Assembly: GCA_050015075.1 (NCBI GenBank)
Contig: JBEKCB010000001.1
Coordinates: forward strand, 96,001-160,000
Length of the DNA: 64,000 nucleotides
Reading direction: 5' to 3'
Source: Candidatus Brocadiia bacterium
GTDB taxonomy: Bacteria > Planctomycetota > Brocadiia > CAIUPP01
Shown: piece by piece, positions 60,189 through 64,000 of the stretch
Layout of the letters: every line of letters begins with the position of its first letter
How positions within the stretch are numbered: position 1 is the first letter of the stretch
The notes under the pieces: model-generated
Told to the model about the DNA's origin: nothing
What the model saw: the letters and a program-made list of their open reading frames with translations, nothing else
Database searches by the model: none
Position numbers and translations under genes: made by a program

Positions 60189-60515
60189 CTAAACATCCTC
60201 CTCGAGATTGATCCGCGTGCGGATCAGGGTCTCGATCGCGTCGAGCGCCTCCTGGGCGTCGCTGCCCTCGGCTTCGAGGACCAATTCGCAGCCGGGCGGC
60301 GCGGCGAGGGAGAGCATCTCGAGGATGCTCTTGGCGTTCGCGCTCCGGTCCGCGCAGCCGAGGCGGATGTTCGATTTATACCGGTTCGCCAGTTCCATGA
60401 TCCGGCCGGCGGGCCGCATGTGCAGGCCGGTCTTGTGCAGGAGCGGCACCTTGCGGGTGCCGCGGCCGGCGTTGGCTGGTGCGCGCTCCGGCGCCGGGGA
60501 AGTCGGTTGACCCAT
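60189..60515 (-). CDS. ptsH: HPr phosphocarrier
   Basis: GLHMRPA (His15) and NAKSILE (Ser46). Confidence 0.92.
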   Translation of the reverse strand: MGQPTSPAPERAPANAGRGTRKVPLLHKTGLHMRPAGRIMELANRYKSNIRLGCADRSANAKSILEMLSLAAPPGCELVLEAEGSDAQEALDAIETLIRTRINLEEDV

Positions 60516-60518
60516 GGA

Positions 60519-60992
60519 TCACTTGCTCAGGATCTCGTCCGCTTCGCGCAGGAGAGCGACCATCTCGTTGCGGTCCTTGGCGCGGCGAAGGAACGAGCAG
60601 ATATCCTCGTTTTTGAGGAGCGCGGTGATTTTGCGCAACGCTTCGAGGTGGGGTTCGACCGTGTCCGGCGCGCTGGCGAGCATGAAGATGAGGAAGACCG
60701 GCTGGCCGTCGAGCGAGTTGAACTCGACGCCGGTCTTCGAGCGGGCGAAGGCGCCGAGGACGCCTTTGATGCCGGCGACCTTGGCGTGCGGGACGGCGAC
60801 GCCTTTGCCGATGCCGGTGCTGCCGAGTTCCTCGCGGCGCAGCATCGCCTTCTCGACGCCGGCGGCCTGGGCTTTCGGCAGTGTGCCGCTCGCGACGAGC
60901 TGGGCCACCATCTCGGGAATCGCGTCCTCTTTCCGCGTGGCCGCCAGGTCGGGTATGATGTTCTCCGGCGCGAAAAAGTCCGAGAGTTTCAT
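60519..60992 (-). CDS. ptsN: PTS EIIA (Ntr/fructose type)
   Basis: REELGSTGIGKGVAVPH, FNSLDGQPV, HLEAL. Confidence 0.88.
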   Translation of the reverse strand: MKLSDFFAPENIIPDLAATRKEDAIPEMVAQLVASGTLPKAQAAGVEKAMLRREELGSTGIGKGVAVPHAKVAGIKGVLGAFARSKTGVEFNSLDGQPVFLIFMLASAPDTVEPHLEALRKITALLKNEDICSFLRRAKDRNEMVALLREADEILSK

Positions 60993-61357
60993 TCCTCTTC
61001 CTCCGCGTTGTCGCTGGCTGGGGGCTCCGGCTCGCCTTTGGATGTCCGTTTCTGGCGCGCGGCGTCGCGCTTCGTGCGGTACCGGTCTTCGATCTTGTGG
61101 AGCTGTTTCTCGATCTTCGCGACCGCCTCGTCAATCGCCGCGTACATGTCGTGCGATTCGCTCTTGGCGACCATCTCGCCGTGCTTGCGGACCGAGGCGA
61201 TGATCTCGGCGATCTGGCGGCCCGGCTCGATGCTCAGGGTGATCTTCACGTGCATCAGGTGCTGGCTCAGCGCCTCGAGCTTCTCCGCGCGCTGCCGCGC
61301 GTGATCGCGCATGGCGTCCGTCACCGCGACGTGGCGACCGGAAATTGTCACATCCAC
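60989..61357 (-). CDS. raiA: Ribosome hibernation factor HPF/RaiA
   Basis: VTISGRH, TDAMR, DMYAAIDEAVAKIEKQL; GGAGG upstream of GTG start. Confidence 0.88.
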   Translation of the reverse strand: MDVTISGRHVAVTDAMRDHARQRAEKLEALSQHLMHVKITLSIEPGRQIAEIIASVRKHGEMVAKSESHDMYAAIDEAVAKIEKQLHKIEDRYRTKRDAARQKRTSKGEPEPPASDNAEEEE

Positions 61358-61435
61358 CGGCGTCCCTCCCGAAACCGGACCGCGGCCCCTGCGCAATTGG
61401 AACAGTCCTCTTGCGTCCTGCCAGATGGGCTTTTC

Positions 61436-61465
61436 ATTATAGGCCAGCGCGCGGGAAGGTGTCAA
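61436..61465 (-). promoter_or_regulatory. Sigma70 promoter of raiA-ptsN-ptsH-ptsI
   Basis: Minus strand TTGACA-18 nt-TATAAT. Confidence 0.6.
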
Positions 61466-61467
61466 AC

Positions 61468-61502
61468 AATGCCGAATGCAGATTGCCGAATGCCGAATGC
61501 TG
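61468..61502. repeat. Heptamer array (AATGCCG)n
   Basis: AATGCCG AATGCAG ATTGCCG AATGCCG AATGCTG. Confidence 0.7.
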
Positions 61503-61620
61503 ATGAACGATTGAAGGAGGAATGACGGCGTGAACTTGCGTCGGCGCCAAGTTGACCGCGCGGGGCGCGCCTGATAGTATGCGGGCCGCGCGTGAATCGG
61601 GCTTGCGGACGCGGTTCGCT

Positions 61621-61695
61621 CCTAAGAAAATGCGCGCCGGCGCGCATTTTCTATTGATGCACCAGCCGCGCAGCCGTTGGCGCGGCTAATGTGCT
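61621..61695. mobile_element. 75-bp two-hairpin mini-element, copy 2 (in the glyQ leader)
   Basis: Preceded by TTCGCT and ends in GTGCT, as in copy 1. Confidence 0.7.
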
Positions 61696-61706
61696 GGGGT
61701 AAAGGC

Positions 61707-62630
61707 ATGAACTTCCAGGACCTGATCTTGTCGCTCACTCGGCACTGGGCCGACTACGGCTGCGTGGCGCTGCAGCCGTACGACATGGAGAAAGGCGCCG
61801 GCACGTTCAACCCGGCCACGTTCCTGCGCGCGCTCGGGCCGGAGCCGTGGCGGGCGGTGTATGTCGAGCCCTCGCGCCGGCCGGCGGACGGGCGCTACGG
61901 CGAGAACCCGTTCCGCGTCCAGATGCATCACCAGCTCCAGGTGCTCCTGAAGCCCGCCCCGCGCGACGCGCAGAAGATCTACCTCGACAGCCTCCGCGCG
62001 ATCGGCGTGGACATCGTCGCGCACGACGTGCGGTTCATCGAGGACGACTGGGAATCGCCCACGCTGGGGGCCACCGGGCTCGGCTGGCAGGTGTGGCTCG
62101 ACGGGCTGGAGATCACGCAGTACACCTACTTCCAGCAGGTCGCCGGCTTCGCGTGCGACCCGGCGTGCGTCGAGTACACCTACGGCCTCGAGCGCATCGC
62201 CATGGCCGTCCAGGGCAAGGCCAGCCTCTTCGACCTCGACTGGGGCAACGGCCTGACCTATGGCGACTTGCGCAAGCGCGAGGAGTACGAGTGCTCGAAG
62301 TACAACTTCGAGGAGGCCGACGTGGAGACGCTGCGGCGGCTGTTCGAGGTGTACGAGAAGGAATGCGTGCGGCTGGCGGAGCTGGGGCTGGTCATGCCCG
62401 CGTACGACTTCGTCATGAAGTGCTCGCACACGTTCAATCTGCTGGACGCGCGCCGGGCGATCAGCGTCAGCGAGCGCACCGCGGTCATCACGCGGGTCCG
62501 CCGCCTGGCCCGCAAAGTCGCCGAGGCGTTCCTCAAGCAGCGCGAGGAGATGGGGTTTCCGCTGTTGAAACAGGCCGGTCTGCGCCCAGCCGCCGCCGCG
62601 CCGACAGGTCAAGAAACACCGTCCGCCTGA
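61707..62630 (+). CDS. glyQ: Glycine-tRNA ligase alpha subunit
   Basis: [58 protein letters not shown]. Confidence 0.96.
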   Translation: MNFQDLILSLTRHWADYGCVALQPYDMEKGAGTFNPATFLRALGPEPWRAVYVEPSRRPADGRYGENPFRVQMHHQLQVLLKPAPRDAQKIYLDSLRAIGVDIVAHDVRFIEDDWESPTLGATGLGWQVWLDGLEITQYTYFQQVAGFACDPACVEYTYGLERIAMAVQGKASLFDLDWGNGLTYGDLRKREEYECSKYNFEEADVETLRRLFEVYEKECVRLAELGLVMPAYDFVMKCSHTFNLLDARRAISVSERTAVITRVRRLARKVAEAFLKQREEMGFPLLKQAGLRPAAAAPTGQETPSA

Positions 62631-62652
62631 CCCGATTCCGCGAAAGGCACTC

Positions 62653-63321
62653 ATGCCGACCTATCGCTGCCGAAAGACCAAAAGAGCGCCGGCTGTGGAT
62701 GGCGCGATTGACCCGAAGGTCTGGCGCCTGGCGCAACCGGTGCCGCTCGTCTTGGCCGATTCGGGCAAGCCGCCGCTGCAGCCGACCGAGGCGCGGATGC
62801 TCTACGACGACGATTTTCTCTACGCGGCGTTCCATTGCGTGGATTCCGACGCCTGGGCCGCGCTGCCGAACCGCAATGACCCGCTCTGGCTCGAAGAGGT
62901 GGTCGAGGTCTTCCTGGACCCAACGCGCCGGCGGCGATGCTACGTCGAGATCGAGGTCTCGCCGCTGAACGTGATCTTCGAGGCGTACATCCTCAACGAC
63001 CCGCGCTGCCCGCCGCTCCAGGGGCTGACGCAATGGACCTGCCGCGGGCTGCGGACCGCCGTCCACGTCGAGCGCGAGATGACGCCGAGCGGGCGCGTGA
63101 CCAAATTCTGGAACTGCGAGATGGCGATCCCGTTCAACCAGTTGCCCGACGCGCCCCACGTGCCGCCGAAGCCCGGCGACCGCTGGCGCGCGAACCTCTA
63201 CCGGATTGACCGGTTGCCGCGGCTGGACGAGTATTCCGCCTGGTCGCCGCCCGGCATCCCCAAGTTTCACACGCCGGAGAAGTTCGGCGAGCTGCTCTTC
63301 CTGGCGGCCGGCTGCTCGTAG
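62653..63321 (+). CDS. Carbohydrate-binding family 9-like (DOMON-like) protein
   Basis: PAVDG..D..W, YDDDFLY, VEVFLDP, EMAIPF, WRANLYR, WSP, FH.PEKFG. The stop codon is supplied by the REP GTAG. Confidence 0.8.
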   Translation: MPTYRCRKTKRAPAVDGAIDPKVWRLAQPVPLVLADSGKPPLQPTEARMLYDDDFLYAAFHCVDSDAWAALPNRNDPLWLEEVVEVFLDPTRRRRCYVEIEVSPLNVIFEAYILNDPRCPPLQGLTQWTCRGLRTAVHVEREMTPSGRVTKFWNCEMAIPFNQLPDAPHVPPKPGDRWRANLYRIDRLPRLDEYSAWSPPGIPKFHTPEKFGELLFLAAGCS

Positions 63322-63370
63322 TGTGCCCGTCAGAGCATACGAAGCAGCGCCTGACGGCGCCACTACAAGC
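63311..63370. repeat. Inverted GTAG-type REP pair
   Basis: GTAGTGTGCCCGTCAGAGCA ... GCGCCTGACGGCGCCACTAC. Confidence 0.82.
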
Positions 63371-63372
63371 TG

Positions 63373-63825
63373 CTACCCCACGAGCACCTTCACGACCACT
63401 TTCTTCACCGGCCGTGGCTCCTTGATGGCCACGTCGGGCATGTGGCCGTCGTGCGGCCAGAAGATGGCGAACGTTCCGGCCGGGACGGTGAAGAAGTCGC
63501 CCTTGCCCTTCAGCTTATGGAGGTCCTTTTCCACGTCGTATTCCGCGGTCGGCTTGAGCGCCCGCAGGTCCGCGCGGCCCATCCGCTCCGCGCCCTCGAG
63601 GATGTACTGCACGTCAATGTACCGCCGGTGCGCCTCCCAGAACGCCAGCTTCTTCGGCTTGGTCTCCAGGTTCAGGACGAGCGCGTACACGCTGTCGCCG
63701 TCCACCGGATGCCGGCCCGGCGCGAGGCCGGCGAAGTCGGTTTTCTGAAGGAAGTCGAGCGCCAGCGCCAACCGCGGGCTGATCGAACGATAAAGCGGCG
63801 CGCTGCGGAGTTCGTCGAGGATCAT
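63373..63825 (-). CDS. YhcH/YjgK/YiaL family protein
   Basis: MILD, WEAHRRYIDVQY, YDVEKD, FAIFWPHDGH.P, KKVVVKV. Confidence 0.9.
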   Translation of the reverse strand: MILDELRSAPLYRSISPRLALALDFLQKTDFAGLAPGRHPVDGDSVYALVLNLETKPKKLAFWEAHRRYIDVQYILEGAERMGRADLRALKPTAEYDVEKDLHKLKGKGDFFTVPAGTFAIFWPHDGHMPDVAIKEPRPVKKVVVKVLVG

Positions 63826-63863
63826 GGTACATCTCCTATAGAAAATGTTGAGCGCGTCAGCTT

Positions 63864-63950
63864 ATCGTCCTCGTCCTCGGCCTCGTCGTCGTCCTCGAAC
63901 TCCCGTTACGTACGGCCGAGGACGAGGACGACGACGAGGACGAGCACGAT
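63864..63950. repeat. Family A GTCCTC/GAGGAC palindrome
   Basis: ATCGTCCTCGTCCTCGGCCTCGTCGTCGTCCTCGAAC...CGAGGACGAGGACGACGACGAGGACGAGCACGAT. Confidence 0.82.
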
Positions 63951-64000
63951 TAGCTCGCGCCGATCTGGCTTCTGCCTTGGCTCTGAAACCTTACCACGAG

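Noticed and set aside
61707-62630. glyQ without adjacent glyS as an anomaly
   Set aside because: Split glyQ/glyS arrangements are common; glyS is probably elsewhere in the genome.

Overview
GC-rich bacterial chromosome segment, most likely Planctomycetota/PVC (inferred from prepilin/H-X9-DG proteins, several Ser/Thr kinases and the raiA-ptsN-HPr-ptsI cluster). The backbone is housekeeping: glgP, rsmA, pdxA, riboflavin synthase, thiL, DegP-like protease, Gld-type ABC system, rpmH, ndk, dusB, ECF sigma/anti-sigma, lpxH, acyP, parB with an internal parS, ilvD, HU/IHF, yggS, proC, PTS genes and glyQ. I found no tRNA, rRNA, CRISPR array, integrase or transposase. The most striking signal is non-coding. 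(1) Many intergenic gaps hold palindromes built from 6-, 7- or 9-nt periodic units, of many sequence families, sometimes nested. (2) Small accessory cassettes (HicAB pairs, DUF4258/DUF2283, a HepT remnant, an R-M remnant, a lipoprotein) repeatedly sit between direct copies of such palindromes or of duplicated local host sequence (gene 3' ends, promoters). (3) A 75-76 bp two-hairpin mini-element occurs twice, directly after TTCGCT with GCT at both junctions, once splitting a REP-like palindrome arm. Other candidates are four GTTCA-N5-TGAAC palindromes near an orphan parB, a 1560-aa PAS/coiled-coil/pseudokinase/TM/TPR/FGE protein containing a second copy of its own start, and a strongly signalled pilin-like gene divergent from two TMTC-like glycosyltransferases. 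Family assignments are from motif recognition only; no searches were run.
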